Both the position numbers and the translations under genes were made by a program. A stretch of 64,000 nucleotides of DNA from positions 7,848-71,847 of the forward strand of contig JAKFXL010000011.1 in the NCBI GenBank assembly GCA_021731365.1, in the 5' to 3' direction. Source of the DNA: Gammaproteobacteria bacterium (GTDB lineage: Bacteria; Pseudomonadota; Gammaproteobacteria; Tenderiales; Tenderiaceae). The notes below the pieces were generated by a model, which had not been told where the DNA came from, did not search any database, and was given only the letters and a program-made list of their open reading frames with translations. Positions 46,569 through 57,806 of the stretch are shown in pieces. The first letter of the stretch is position 1; every line of letters starts with the position of its first letter.

Positions 46569-47309
46569 TTAGAAGCTATACGCCAACGTAACAGTGCTTT
46601 TTCGATCACTCTTCACCACCCCTTCCGGAACTGTTGAGGTGTACTGCAGGGCATAAGAGAGTTTTATTGCCAACGAACCATTCAGTCTGTGTTTGAAGCT
46701 GGTGGCTGAGCTGAAGACGTTGGCACCATTGCCACTGCTGGATATTTCAGCGCCGATATCCTCTGTCAGCAGGGTATCTTTATCAATATTCCAGATAAAA
46801 TCCCCGTTTAGCCATGCCACCTTTTTGTGGTCAACCGGCTCATCTTCCGGTTTACTCTGGCGCGCGCCAGGGCCCGCCTCTAGATCCAGAGTTATTCCCT
46901 CTTTTGCGATCACTCGCTGGCCGTAACCGACAATTCCGCTGGAGCGATAGTCATAACCACTGAACCGGTCACTCTCATATTTGACCAGACCAAAGAAATA
47001 TTGGCGGTTATCAACCTTAAATTTGGATTTGACGCTAGCGCTATAGGCTTCACCAGTGGTATTGGTTGCATCTTGAGTATGCATCGCCTCCAGGGTTGCC
47101 CTGTTACGCCAGTAGGTCCGTTCATTCAGGGTGCTGGCTTTTCCGTTAATGGTCTCTGTATTGGTATTGCCGCTATGGGTAATAAAACCAAACTCTACTT
47201 CACTTTGCCATGTTGTGGGCACAACATCCTGAGCCATCACCTGCGCGGGGGCCAATAACGCCGCCACGGTGGCCAAGCTTACAAAGAGTGAGGGGGGCAC
47301 AAAACGCAT
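46569..47309 (-). CDS. DUF481/YdiY outer-membrane beta-barrel protein
   Basis: Signal peptide; SGNTNT, DRFSGYDYR, LEAGPG; terminal LAYSF. Confidence 0.85.
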   Translation of the reverse strand: MRFVPPSLFVSLATVAALLAPAQVMAQDVVPTTWQSEVEFGFITHSGNTNTETINGKASTLNERTYWRNRATLEAMHTQDATNTTGEAYSASVKSKFKVDNRQYFFGLVKYESDRFSGYDYRSSGIVGYGQRVIAKEGITLDLEAGPGARQSKPEDEPVDHKKVAWLNGDFIWNIDKDTLLTEDIGAEISSSGNGANVFSSATSFKHRLNGSLAIKLSYALQYTSTVPEGVVKSDRKSTVTLAYSF

Positions 47310-47556
47310 GTTTCTATCTATCCATGGCACTGTCTATGGGCGGTATTTTATCTGTTGCGAGGCTCCCTATTCTGGGAAAAAGTATGCGGCAACTCATAAC
47401 ATAGATAAATTTGGCGCGATTGTGCCTAGATTTTGCCTATATTTCATCACTATTTATTTAAATAATGGTGAACGACCGATAACAAAATCATAACCTTCTG
47501 ATAGCTATATGATTTATACAAAAAACCACAAAGCATGATGGTCATATACGCAGCAA

Positions 47557-48768
47557 CTAATCACCAATAAGGATGCGGCAGGTTTCGCTCGCCCAGGCGA
47601 TGGACTGCAGGTAGGCATCCATAATCACTTCCCGTGGCAGCTCGCTGTGCAGCACTTCGTCCCACTCGCTCGACTCGTAGTGCAGTACCATGGCCAGGAT
47701 ATTGCCGGGGATCCCTTCATGGCTGGCCAGGGCACTATTTACCTCTTCAGACATAGAGAGCATTTCAAGCACGTTCTCCATCTCCATATCGAGCAAGGCA
47801 TCCAGCACGGAGAGCAGCCCCACGGTAAAACAGAGATCATCAGCGGGATAACCCCTGGCCTTGGCCAGAAGTTCACTCATCTTGGCGCGGACAACGGCGG
47901 TCACCATCAGCTCCACCGGTTTATCATCAAAGCGTGACAGTATTAACAGGGTAGCCCAACGTTTGATCACGTTGGTACCCAAAAAAACCACCGCACGCTG
48001 GATTGAGTCGATGGGTTTTGGCAGCCCGAAAAACGAGGAGTTGATATAACGCAGCAGTTTGTAGCTCAGCCCAACATCGTGGCTGATTAAGATTTCAAGT
48101 TTAGGAACGGTGACATCCGGATGCTGTAGCTCGGCCAGCAGCTTGATCAGCGCTATCTGGTTACCCGGCAGCCGTTTGCGTTTGATGATTTTGGGGCGGG
48201 AGAAAAAATAGCCCTGAAAGTAGTGAAAACCCAGATCACGGCAAACCTCATACTCCTCATACGCCTCCACCTTCTCAGCCAGCAGCTTGAGGTGCGGGTA
48301 ATCACTGAGCGCTACCACATGGTAGCGGAGAGTATCTTCAGACATCGCCTGAATATCGATCTTGATAATATGCACCAGCGCCAGTAGTGGCAGGACCGCT
48401 TCACGGTAGACAAAGTTATCCAGTGCAATGGTATACCCTTGTTGGGCAAGCCGTTTGATGCTTTCAATCAACTCGTCATCAATATCAACACTCTCCAGCA
48501 CCTCAATCACAACCCGATCATTTGGCAGGGGTAACGGATAGGTACCGACCAAAAAACCGCGGGAGAGGTTAATAAACGCCAGTCGGCTGCCCACCAGGCT
48601 ATCGGTGCCAATCTCGGTAAAGGCGTTAAGCAGTGTCTGTGAGGTTGCCACATCCCCCTCTGGGAGCTTGGCACGATTTTCATCATCGGAGCGATACAGC
48701 AGCTCATAACCCAGCACATGTTGTGTACGGTTGTAGATAGGTTGACGGGCAATAAAAATATCAGGCAT
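47557..48768 (-). CDS. EAL and modified HD-GYP (HDOD) domain protein
   Basis: ARQPI, GYELLYR, LLAEKVE, FQGYFF, DVGLSYKLLRYINS. Confidence 0.88.
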   Translation of the reverse strand: MPDIFIARQPIYNRTQHVLGYELLYRSDDENRAKLPEGDVATSQTLLNAFTEIGTDSLVGSRLAFINLSRGFLVGTYPLPLPNDRVVIEVLESVDIDDELIESIKRLAQQGYTIALDNFVYREAVLPLLALVHIIKIDIQAMSEDTLRYHVVALSDYPHLKLLAEKVEAYEEYEVCRDLGFHYFQGYFFSRPKIIKRKRLPGNQIALIKLLAELQHPDVTVPKLEILISHDVGLSYKLLRYINSSFFGLPKPIDSIQRAVVFLGTNVIKRWATLLILSRFDDKPVELMVTAVVRAKMSELLAKARGYPADDLCFTVGLLSVLDALLDMEMENVLEMLSMSEEVNSALASHEGIPGNILAMVLHYESSEWDEVLHSELPREVIMDAYLQSIAWASETCRILIGD

Positions 48769-48879
48769 TCGCTCATCCGTTCTTTAATGGCCACTGACGT
48801 ACTCAAGGTATCGGCCAAATCAGACAATTCACCAACGGTTTCTCACCCGCCACAGGGCACCAGACATTTATAGACCAGG

Positions 48880-50238
48880 TTAGAGCAGCAGCAGTGTCGC
48901 CAAGCCTAAAAAGACGGAGAAACCCACCACATCCGTCACGGTGGTTAATACCACTGATGAGGAGAGTGCCGGATCGACACCAAAACGGCGCATTAACAGC
49001 GGGATTGTGGCCCCCGCCAGCGCCGCCATGACCATATTAATCATCATTGCAACACCGATAATCAGACCAATCCTGATATCACTAAACCAGATCCCGGCCA
49101 CCACCCCAACCACCAGCGCCCAGAGCAGACCATTTAACGCCCCTACAGCCAACTCTTTGATCAATATCCGTTTAGCGTTAGCAGAGTCAATATAACCCAA
49201 GGCCATCCCACGGATCACCAGGGTCAATGTCTGGCTGCCGGCAATGCCGCCCATACTGGCAACAATTGGCATCAGTACCGCCAGCGCCACAATCTGTTGA
49301 ATCGTCGCCTCAAACAGCCCAATCACCCAGGAGGCGAGAAAGGCGGTGAGCAGATTGATGCCTAGCCAGATACCACGCCGCCGTGAGCTGGTGACCACCG
49401 GGGCAAAGATGTCATCCTCTTCATCCATACCGGCCATGCTCATGATCGAGTGTTCGGCCTCGTCACGAATCACATCAACCACGTCATCGATGGTGATACG
49501 GCCCAGCAGTTTGCCATCATCATCCACTACGGGAGCGGAGATCAGGTCGCGGAACTCAAATATCTCCGCCACCTCACGCGCTGTCATCAGGGCGGGAATA
49601 GGATCGATATCCTTCTCCATCACCCGCCCCACACTCAGGCTTGGATCTTTTGTCAGCAGGTCAGAGATGGAGAGCAGACCGATATAGCGGTCTGCCCGGT
49701 TTACCACGATCAGATAGTCGGTCATGGGCGGGATTTCACCACGCAGCCGCAGATACCGCAGCACCACGTCCAGCGTCACATTAGGGCGCACGGTGATGGT
49801 ATCGATATTCATCAGACCCCCCGCGGTGTCCTCTGAATAGGCCAGCATCGTCTCCAGCCGCTCACGATCCTGGCTGCCCATCGAGGCCAGCACCTCCTGA
49901 ATAACAATGTCAGGCAGATCCTGGAGCAGGTCGGCCAGATCGTCCGTCTCCATGGTCTCGGCGGCGGCCACCAGCTCGGCGGGGGCCATCTGCCGGATGA
50001 GTTTGGCACGTACATCATCATTGACGTAGGTGAGTACCTCACCATCCTTTTCCGGCTCCACCAGCTCCCAGACCAATTCACGTTCGCTGGGATGCAGCGA
50101 TTCGAGCAGATGGGCGATTTCAGCGGGATAGAGTTCATTAACCATGCGCCGAATATTGACCAGACGGCCACTCGCCAACGCCGTCGCAAACCGCTGCAGG
50201 CGTGTCTGGGTCTGTTCGTTGTCTGGGGAGTCAGGCAT
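48880..50238 (-). CDS. mgtE: Magnesium transporter MgtE
   Basis: EDTAGGLM, CBS pair, GRITIDD, MGGIAGSQT, DPAL, TDVVGF. Confidence 0.95.
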   Translation of the reverse strand: MPDSPDNEQTQTRLQRFATALASGRLVNIRRMVNELYPAEIAHLLESLHPSERELVWELVEPEKDGEVLTYVNDDVRAKLIRQMAPAELVAAAETMETDDLADLLQDLPDIVIQEVLASMGSQDRERLETMLAYSEDTAGGLMNIDTITVRPNVTLDVVLRYLRLRGEIPPMTDYLIVVNRADRYIGLLSISDLLTKDPSLSVGRVMEKDIDPIPALMTAREVAEIFEFRDLISAPVVDDDGKLLGRITIDDVVDVIRDEAEHSIMSMAGMDEEDDIFAPVVTSSRRRGIWLGINLLTAFLASWVIGLFEATIQQIVALAVLMPIVASMGGIAGSQTLTLVIRGMALGYIDSANAKRILIKELAVGALNGLLWALVVGVVAGIWFSDIRIGLIIGVAMMINMVMAALAGATIPLLMRRFGVDPALSSSVVLTTVTDVVGFSVFLGLATLLLL

Positions 50239-50335
50239 CAGCGGCAATCATCACGTCAGGAGGCAAAGTGGTTGCCGGAATTCTAAGGGGAATAGACGCT
50301 TAGCGCCACCCCTTAATTAAGAAACAGAAGATTGT

Positions 50336-52087
50336 TTACGAACCTGTTTTACGACTGTTCAGGCGCTCAACCAACGTCTCAACTTCGACCATGGAGGGGA
50401 GCTGCAGTACCCCCCGCACCTTTTTGACCAGCTCATCAACATCACTCTCCTGCACGATGCGTTTCACCTCCGGCACCATCACTGGCTGCATGCTGAAATG
50501 GCGCAACCCCAGCCCCAACAGCAGCCGGGTATAACGCGGCTCCCCCGCCATCTCCCCACACATGGAGACCGGGATACCCGCCTTGTGCCCCGCCTTGATC
50601 GCCATGCTGATCAACCGCAATACCGCCGGGTGGGTGGGCTGATAGAGATAGTTAACCGCGTTATCAAGACGGTCTGCCGCCAGCGTATACTGCACCAGAT
50701 CATTGGTACCAATAGAGAAAAAGTCGAGATATCTGGCAAAGGTATCGGCACAGAGCGCCGCCGCAGGCACCTCGATCATGCCACCAATCTCAATATTGGC
50801 ATCAAAGGATTTGCCCTCACGACGCAGCTCCTGCTTGGCCTGCTCGACCAGCTCCAGCGCCTGATGCAGCTCCTGCATACTCGACAACATCGGCAGCATC
50901 ATGCTCACCGGCCCCTCGGCCGCCACCCGTAAAATTGCCCGCAGTTGTGGTTTGAAGAGCGCGGGGTCACGCAAACAGAGGCGAATCGCCCGCAATCCCA
51001 GCGCTGAATTGGTCGGCACGACACCACGTCGATCCGAGTGCAGCTCTTTGTCCACCCCCAGATCAAGGGTTCGGATCGTCAACGGCGCACCCTTAAGCGC
51101 CAGAACGATATTACGATAGGAGCTGAGCTGCTCCTCCTCATCAGGCAACTCAGTTCGGTTCATGAAGAGATATTCAGTGCGGTACAGCCCCACCCCTTTT
51201 GCCGCCACCCGCGCCAACATCACCATATCCTCAGGCAGCTCAACATTGGCAAGCAGCGTGACCGCCACACCATCGTGGCTGACGGCAGGCAGCTCCTTAA
51301 ACTTGTTCAGTTCGGCCGAATCGTGACGCTCCTGGGTCTGGCGGTGGCGGTAATGGCGGATGCTGCGCTCATCAGCACCGGCAATCACCACACCATGGTG
51401 GCCATCCACCACCAGGTGTTCCCCCTGCTCCAGGTAACGCAGTACATGTTTAACCCCCACCACAGCAGGAATACCCAGGCTACGCGCCAAAATTGTGGTA
51501 TGGGAGGTGGGGCCACCATACTCGGTCACAAAGGCCACAATCCCTTCATGCTGGAGCATGACCGTATCCGCCGGGGCCAGATCATCAGCGATGACAATCC
51601 GTCCCTCCAGACCCCCATCACCCGCGCTGGGCAGACGTTCGCTCTGGTTCAGCAGGATCCGCTGAATGCAGTTAACCGCATGGTTAACATCATCCTTACG
51701 GGTGCGTAGATAGGGATCATCCATCGCCTCAAACACCGCCACCAGTGCATCGCGCTGCAGCTTCAGCGCCCACTCGGCGTTACAGCCACGTTGACGAATC
51801 ACCTCAATAGGTTTTTGGGAGATGGCCTTATCCGCCATCATCAGCAGATGTGTATCAAAAAAAGAGGCGATATCAACAGGTGTGTTCTGGGGGATTCTGT
51901 CACGTATCGTGATCAGATGTTGCTGCGCGACCGCCAGGGCCCGGTTAAACCGGCCAACCTCCGCCTCAATCAGGTGCGCCTCAATCAGGTATTCGCGTAT
52001 GCTCGGCTGGTTACGTTGCAGCAGATGGGCCTTGCCCATGGCAATGCCACGGGAGACCCCTACCCCTTTAAGGCCAAGTGTCGCCAC
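50336..52087 (-). CDS. ptsI: PTS enzyme I (no GAF domain)
   Basis: GGPTSHTTILARS, GLYRTE, SIGTNDLVQY, CGEMAG. Confidence 0.92.
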   Translation of the reverse strand: MATLGLKGVGVSRGIAMGKAHLLQRNQPSIREYLIEAHLIEAEVGRFNRALAVAQQHLITIRDRIPQNTPVDIASFFDTHLLMMADKAISQKPIEVIRQRGCNAEWALKLQRDALVAVFEAMDDPYLRTRKDDVNHAVNCIQRILLNQSERLPSAGDGGLEGRIVIADDLAPADTVMLQHEGIVAFVTEYGGPTSHTTILARSLGIPAVVGVKHVLRYLEQGEHLVVDGHHGVVIAGADERSIRHYRHRQTQERHDSAELNKFKELPAVSHDGVAVTLLANVELPEDMVMLARVAAKGVGLYRTEYLFMNRTELPDEEEQLSSYRNIVLALKGAPLTIRTLDLGVDKELHSDRRGVVPTNSALGLRAIRLCLRDPALFKPQLRAILRVAAEGPVSMMLPMLSSMQELHQALELVEQAKQELRREGKSFDANIEIGGMIEVPAAALCADTFARYLDFFSIGTNDLVQYTLAADRLDNAVNYLYQPTHPAVLRLISMAIKAGHKAGIPVSMCGEMAGEPRYTRLLLGLGLRHFSMQPVMVPEVKRIVQESDVDELVKKVRGVLQLPSMVEVETLVERLNSRKTGS

Positions 52088-52286
52088 CCCGTTAATCCTG
52101 ACGCACGATTAAAGACAACCCAACGTCACAGGCAGCGGGGATAGCGACCCCTTCACAATCGTCATGGAGCCACAACACGGCATTAATACAAAGTGGCAAC
52201 GACCCAGATCCCTGATAATCCATGTGTGCCCCTTAGGTGCTCAGCAATAGCTGTGCATTATTAAACCATTCTTAACTTAACTTCAA

Positions 52287-52556
52287 CTACTCCGCCTCGC
52301 CAAAACGCTCCACTACCAGCTGTTCCAGTGCCGCCATCGCCTGCTCTTCATCCGGGCCATCTGCCGTCAGCTCCAACATCGAACCACGACTGGCAGCAAG
52401 CATCATCACCCCCATAATGCTTTTGCCATTGGCGCTACGGCTCCCTTTACACATGGTAATTTCACTGGCAAACCCCGATGCCGTTTTTACAAACTTAGAG
52501 GCGGCACGGGCATGCAACCCCAACTTGTTTACTATTTCCACCGTTCTATTAATCAC
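52287..52556 (-). CDS. ptsH: Phosphocarrier protein HPr/NPr
   Basis: NKLGLHARA, GKSIMGVMMLA. Confidence 0.9.
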   Translation of the reverse strand: MINRTVEIVNKLGLHARAASKFVKTASGFASEITMCKGSRSANGKSIMGVMMLAASRGSMLELTADGPDEEQAMAALEQLVVERFGEAE

Positions 52557-52951
52557 AGGCTATCCGTTTCACAAATAAAAATACCGTCCCGGCCACCACT
52601 GAGCGCCTTATGTGCCAGCTCCATCAGCGGCAGATCCGGATAGTTAAACACCCGCACCAACATTGGCAGATTTAACCCGGCAACCACCATCACATTGGAC
52701 TCACTGGCAAGACGGTTAGCCACGTTGCTGGGCGTTGAGCCATACATATCGGTCAATACCAGCACACCGCTGCCCCGCTCGAGACGTCGTACCGCCGCCA
52801 AGGCCTTGTCGTAAAGCGACTCCGGAACACAACCAGGCGAAACCGGCAGCAGCTCCAGTGCCATTGGGCACATCTCCAGCATCAGTGATGCGGTATCGGC
52901 TAACGAGCCACCCACCGTCTCGTGGCTGATAATCAGCAGTCCGGTGGTCAC
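52553..52951 (-). CDS. PTS mannose/fructose-type IIA component
   Basis: LIISH, LTDMYGSTPSN, GLNLPML. Confidence 0.9.
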   Translation of the reverse strand: MTTGLLIISHETVGGSLADTASLMLEMCPMALELLPVSPGCVPESLYDKALAAVRRLERGSGVLVLTDMYGSTPSNVANRLASESNVMVVAGLNLPMLVRVFNYPDLPLMELAHKALSGGRDGIFICETDSL

Positions 52952-53805
52952 AGCGACAACTCCCGATGCCGCAGCAGCACATCAAAATTAAATGAAGAGA
53001 AGTGGTCATGCAGCCGTTTGGCAAGATAGACCGAACGGTGCTGACCGCCGGTACAGCCAATCGCAACAGTCATGTAGGTGCGGTTATCGGCCTGAAACGC
53101 CGGTATCCAGCGCTCCAGAAAACGTTGAATATCCTGATACATCTCATTCACATCAGGCTCTTTATCAAGAAACAGCTGCACTTCCTTCGACATCCCGGTC
53201 AACGCCCGCAGCTGTGGATCCCAATGGGGATTGGGCAGACAGCGGATGTCAAAGACAAAGTCCGCATCCACCGGAATACCGTGTTTAAAACCGAAGGAGA
53301 GGAAGGTCAAGGTCAGGCTTTTGCTGTCACTCAGCATCTGGGCGCGAATAATGTCGCGCAGCTGATGGATGTTGGTGCGGCTGCTATCGATGCACCAATC
53401 GGCGTTGATCGACACCCCCCCCAGCAGTTTGCGCTCCTGTTTGATCGCCTCCGCCAGAGAGGTGCCTGCCTTGGTGAGTGGGTGTTTGCGGCGTGTTTCG
53501 CTAAAACGTTTGATCAGTGTATTGTCATCCGCCTGTAAAAAGATGATCTCGCAGGCCAGCCCCAAGTCGCGAATCTGCGATATAAGATCGGCAAAACTGC
53601 CAAAGTCATTGTTCAGATTACGGGCATCAATCCCCACCGCAGCACGCTGATACTCACCCAGCGCACCTTGCGCCATCTGGGTGGCAAACTCTTTCAGCAG
53701 ACTCAGCGGCAGGTTGTCGATGCAGTAAAACGAAAGATCTTCCAGGGTGTGCAAAACCACACTTTTACCAGAACCCGACAGGCCGCTAACAATCACCAAT
53801 TTCAT
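52948..53805 (-). CDS. rapZ: RNase adapter RapZ
   Basis: SGLSGSGKS, FSETRRKHPL, SFGFKHG, GCTGGQHRSV. Confidence 0.95.
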   Translation of the reverse strand: MKLVIVSGLSGSGKSVVLHTLEDLSFYCIDNLPLSLLKEFATQMAQGALGEYQRAAVGIDARNLNNDFGSFADLISQIRDLGLACEIIFLQADDNTLIKRFSETRRKHPLTKAGTSLAEAIKQERKLLGGVSINADWCIDSSRTNIHQLRDIIRAQMLSDSKSLTLTFLSFGFKHGIPVDADFVFDIRCLPNPHWDPQLRALTGMSKEVQLFLDKEPDVNEMYQDIQRFLERWIPAFQADNRTYMTVAIGCTGGQHRSVYLAKRLHDHFSSFNFDVLLRHRELSL

Positions 53806-54377
53806 GGCCGCCCCTCCCAAAAGGCACTCAACTTCACTTCAAACTCAGCTGCATCATCATGTCCCTGCTGCCAGTGGCGACTCAAACGCACCGCCACCTC
53901 AACCAACAGTGGCAAATCACGGCCCCGGCCACAGGGTAACAGCACCTCTTTCACACTGACTCCCAAATATGCCCAGTCACGCTGCTGACAATAGAGGCGC
54001 TCGCCCAGCACCCGTGGCACATCATCCGCCGTTTTAAGTGTCAGCACCAGCCCCAACGGCAACGCCTGACAGAGCACCTGTTCGCCGTAAAGGCGCGCCA
54101 AGTTTACCACCCCCAGGCCATGAATCTCGATAAAACCGGCCCCACCTGGCGGGCAACTCCCCACCAGCTGACCGTTAACAATCCTGAAGGCCACCTGATC
54201 ATCGGCAACCAGACGGTGCCCCCGATCCACCAGCCCCAGCGCCAGATCGCTCTTGCCACAACCACTGCTACCGGTCAGCAGCACCCCCATGCCCAACACC
54301 TCAACCAGTGTGCCGTGGAGCGTAGCAATCTCATCGACCTCGCCCACTGTGGGGCCAAAAATGGGTTGTTGCGCCAT
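53802..54377 (-). CDS. hprK: HPr kinase/phosphorylase, catalytic domain only
   Basis: LHGTLV, GSSGCGKS, RGHRLVADD, EIHGLG; 191 aa. Confidence 0.8.
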   Translation of the reverse strand: MAQQPIFGPTVGEVDEIATLHGTLVEVLGMGVLLTGSSGCGKSDLALGLVDRGHRLVADDQVAFRIVNGQLVGSCPPGGAGFIEIHGLGVVNLARLYGEQVLCQALPLGLVLTLKTADDVPRVLGERLYCQQRDWAYLGVSVKEVLLPCGRGRDLPLLVEVAVRLSRHWQQGHDDAAEFEVKLSAFWEGRP

Positions 54378-54383
54378 AGGCGA

Positions 54384-54866
54384 CTATGCCTGCTGACCTG
54401 CCTGACGGTGTGCCGACGACCACTTTTCCACCACGGCAGAGAGGCCCGCAGGTGTGGTTGTCTGGCGCAGTTCGCGACGTGTGGCGGCGTCGCTGAACAT
54501 CTCTGCCAGGGCCGCCAGCAGCTGCAGATGCTCCTCCGTAGACTGCTCCGGCACCATCAGCGCCACCACCAGGTCGACCGGCTCACCGTCAACCGCGTCG
54601 TAATCCACCGGCTCTGCAAACCGCACCAGTATGGCTATCGCCTGTGTCAGCGTACCAAAGCGGCCATGGGGAATGGCAATGCCATGGCCCAACCCGGTAC
54701 TGCCCAACCGCTCGCGGGCAATCAGACCGTTAAATATATCCGACTCTGACAAGGGCGCCCCCGCACCCACCAACAGCGCACTCAATACATCCATCGCACG
54801 CTTCTTACTGCTAACGGCCACGTCACAATGGATGTGCGGGACGGTCAATAATGCTGAGATTTCCAT
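54384..54866 (-). CDS. ptsN: PTS nitrogen-regulatory IIA
   Basis: SSKKR, RERLGSTGLGHGIAIPHGR, HLQLL. Confidence 0.92.
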   Translation of the reverse strand: MEISALLTVPHIHCDVAVSSKKRAMDVLSALLVGAGAPLSESDIFNGLIARERLGSTGLGHGIAIPHGRFGTLTQAIAILVRFAEPVDYDAVDGEPVDLVVALMVPEQSTEEHLQLLAALAEMFSDAATRRELRQTTTPAGLSAVVEKWSSAHRQAGQQA

Positions 54867-54893
54867 TTTGCTCTTTTTACCTGCTATACCGCG

Positions 54894-56423
54894 CTATACC
54901 AGCCGCTTTCGCTCGTTAGAGGGTGGAATCGAGAGCGCCTCCCTATACTTGGCCACTGTTCGACGTGCAATGTTAATCCCTTCATTCTCCAGAATCTGGG
55001 CAATTTTGCTGTCACTCAGTGGTTTAACCTGATTTTCAGCCGCCACCAGTTTTTTGATCAAGGCACGAATTGCCGTGGAGGAGCACTCGCCCCCCTCGGC
55101 TGTGCCGACATGGCTGGAGAAAAAGTATTTCAACTCAAAAATACCACGCGGGGTGTGCATATATTTTTTAGTGGTCACCCGCGAGATGGTCGACTCATGC
55201 ATGCCCAGCTCTTCAGCAATGGCATGTAATACCAGTGCTTTCATCGCCTCTTCACCAAACTCCAGAAAGCCGCGCTGCCGCTCAACAATCGCGGTGGCCA
55301 CTTTGAGCAGTGTCTCATTGCGGCTGGAGAGACTTTTAATAAACCAGCGCGCCTCCTGCAGCTGATTACGCAGGTAGGTATTGTCACTGCTGTTATCCGC
55401 CCGGCGAATCAACCCCGCATACTGGGCATTCACACGCAGGCGTGGCATGGCATCCACATTCAGCTCAACCCGCCAGGTCTCGTTGACCTTTTTTACAAAA
55501 ACATCGGGGACGATATATTCCGCCTTGGTGGTATCGATGCTGTTGCCCGGGCGGGGATTGACCCCCTGCACCACCAGAATCGCCTCCTGCAGCTGCTCAC
55601 GGCTCAGCTTCATCCTCCGCATGATCTGGTTATAGTCGCGACCACCGAGCAGGTCGATATGTTCGCTGACCAAGACCATGGCCGCCTCAACCTCCGGCAG
55701 CTCACGATCCAGGGTCTGTAACTGCAACAGCAGACACTCACGCAGATCACGGGCACCAACACCCACGGGGTCAAAATTCTGGATGCGGTGCAATACCGCC
55801 TCGATCTCATCCAGCTCAACCTCAATCCCCTCATCCAGTATCAAACTGGAGCAGATATCCTCAAGGGTGCTGCTGAGATACCCCTCCTCGTTAATGGAAT
55901 CGATGATTGTTTCGGCAATCTGCATATCCAGATCACTAAACGGGGTGAGCCGCATCTGCCACAACAGGTGATCCTGCAGGCTTTCGCCGCCATCGTCCTG
56001 ATTTTCAAACCCACGGTAGTCATCATCGCCTGAGCTGCTGGCGCTGCTGCTGGGCAGGACGCTGTCATAAACATCCTCCCAGTTACTGTCGACAGGCAGC
56101 TCATCAGGCATTTCCGTCGCCTGCAGATCCACCGCCGAGTCCTGGCTGGTCGTTGTGGTGGGTACCTCTGGCGACGACTCATGTTCACTGGCGGAGTTGT
56201 AGTCGGTAGAACTCTCCTGGATATCACCACTCTCCCAATGGTCATCTGAACCATCTGCCGGGGCCGCATGTTCATTGACCTCCAGCAGCGGATTGCTCTC
56301 CAGCGCCTCCTGAATCTCGGCCTGCAGATCAAGCGTCGACAGCTGCAACAGACGGATCGCCTGTTGTAGCTGTGGCGTCATGGTCAGCTGTTGTCCAAGA
56401 CGAAGTTGAAGTGTTTGTTTCAT
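54894..56423 (-). CDS. rpoN: RNA polymerase sigma-54 factor
   Basis: [21 protein letters not shown], RpoN box [10 protein letters not shown]. Confidence 0.97.
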   Translation of the reverse strand: MKQTLQLRLGQQLTMTPQLQQAIRLLQLSTLDLQAEIQEALESNPLLEVNEHAAPADGSDDHWESGDIQESSTDYNSASEHESSPEVPTTTTSQDSAVDLQATEMPDELPVDSNWEDVYDSVLPSSSASSSGDDDYRGFENQDDGGESLQDHLLWQMRLTPFSDLDMQIAETIIDSINEEGYLSSTLEDICSSLILDEGIEVELDEIEAVLHRIQNFDPVGVGARDLRECLLLQLQTLDRELPEVEAAMVLVSEHIDLLGGRDYNQIMRRMKLSREQLQEAILVVQGVNPRPGNSIDTTKAEYIVPDVFVKKVNETWRVELNVDAMPRLRVNAQYAGLIRRADNSSDNTYLRNQLQEARWFIKSLSSRNETLLKVATAIVERQRGFLEFGEEAMKALVLHAIAEELGMHESTISRVTTKKYMHTPRGIFELKYFFSSHVGTAEGGECSSTAIRALIKKLVAAENQVKPLSDSKIAQILENEGINIARRTVAKYREALSIPPSNERKRLV

Positions 56424-56528
56424 GTGTCAGCGTTATCTCAATACTGCGATTCCCCACTCCCAGAGCGGGTAATCGTCGGATAAGAAGCAGAGTCTACCGT
56501 AGTTATCGGCAGGATACAGTCTTGAATT

Positions 56529-57254
56529 TTAGAGCCGAAAGTGCTCACCCAGATAAACATTACGTACCTGTTCGTTGGCCAAAACCTCATCCGGCGTCCC
56601 TTGGGCAATCACCCGTCCCTCGCTCATAATATAAGCCCGCTGGCAGATCCCCAGCGTCTCCCGAACATTGTGATCCGTGATCAACACACCAATCCCCTTC
56701 TCCTGCAACTGACTGATAATGCGCTGAATGTCGATCACCGAAATCGGATCAACCCCGGCAAACGGCTCGTCCAGCAGAATAAAATCGGGCCTCATCGCCA
56801 ACGCCCGGGCAATCTCCACACGCCGCCGCTCCCCGCCGGAGAGACTCATGCCCAAGGAGCTGCGAATGTGGCCGATGTGCAGCTCACCCAACAACCTCTC
56901 CAGCATCTCATCACGCTGCTGGGCAGTTAACCCACGCTGGGTCTGAAGGATCGCCATGATGTTATCCACCACACTCAGCTTGCGGAAAACCGACGCCTCC
57001 TGCGGCAGGTAACCGATCCCCAGACGGGCGCGGGCATGCATTGGCAGCGCCGTAATATCGCGGTCATTGATATAGAGTCGTCCTGTATCACAGGGAATCA
57101 ACCCCACAATCATATAAAAGCTGGTAGTTTTACCGGCGCCGTTAGGCCCCAGCAGCCCCACCACTTCACCGCTATTGACCTCCAGCGATACGCCGTTGAC
57201 CACCGAACGGCCACGATACCCTTTGAAGATGTTCTCCGCACCTAACCGACTCAT
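56529..57254 (-). CDS. lptB: LPS export ABC transporter ATPase
   Basis: [34 protein letters not shown]. Confidence 0.96.
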   Translation of the reverse strand: MSRLGAENIFKGYRGRSVVNGVSLEVNSGEVVGLLGPNGAGKTTSFYMIVGLIPCDTGRLYINDRDITALPMHARARLGIGYLPQEASVFRKLSVVDNIMAILQTQRGLTAQQRDEMLERLLGELHIGHIRSSLGMSLSGGERRRVEIARALAMRPDFILLDEPFAGVDPISVIDIQRIISQLQEKGIGVLITDHNVRETLGICQRAYIMSEGRVIAQGTPDEVLANEQVRNVYLGEHFRL

Positions 57255-57805
57255 GGTTTAACGACATCTCTGTCCGGACTGTTAGTTGTACGGCGCGGTT
57301 GAATGACGATATTCACCCGACCACCCTCACCATTGGGGGATACCGACTTGCCGGCACGGACGATCTTTTTTTCTGCCTCATACTCAATGCGGTTGCCGGA
57401 AAACTGGTTTTCGCCCTGCCGGAAACGGGCCTGTCCATCGAGGATCACCAGTGACTTGGGGGCCACATACTCAATCCGCAGCGCCTCCCCCGAGGCGCTT
57501 TTATCGGGTTCGGGTGAGCGCTGTTCAAAACGGGCCGGTGTACCTTTGGCAACAATGGTCTCAACATCACTACGGTTACGGGTCTGGATCACCAGCGTAT
57601 CCGCGGTGAGCGTGGCCGCCCCCTGCCGAAAGACCACACTACCCTGATAGGTGCTGAGGCCTTTTGCATCGTCAATTTTAAGGCTGTCGGACTCTATATA
57701 GATCGGTTCGTCCCGCGACAATGTCGCTGCCGCCGCTGGCAGCCCAATACCTAGCAGCGCCACCGCCAGACCGGCGGTACCCATACGCCGTTTGATACTA
57801 CTCAT
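57251..57805 (-). CDS. lptA: LPS transport periplasmic protein
   Basis: Signal peptide; [25 protein letters not shown]; synteny. Start approximate. Confidence 0.9.
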   Translation of the reverse strand: MSSIKRRMGTAGLAVALLGIGLPAAAATLSRDEPIYIESDSLKIDDAKGLSTYQGSVVFRQGAATLTADTLVIQTRNRSDVETIVAKGTPARFEQRSPEPDKSASGEALRIEYVAPKSLVILDGQARFRQGENQFSGNRIEYEAEKKIVRAGKSVSPNGEGGRVNIVIQPRRTTNSPDRDVVKP

Positions 57806-57806
57806 A

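Noticed and set aside
48809-48815. Sigma-28 promoter for the EAL/HDOD gene
   Set aside because: GCCGATA is present on the minus strand, but there is no matching -35 at the right spacing.
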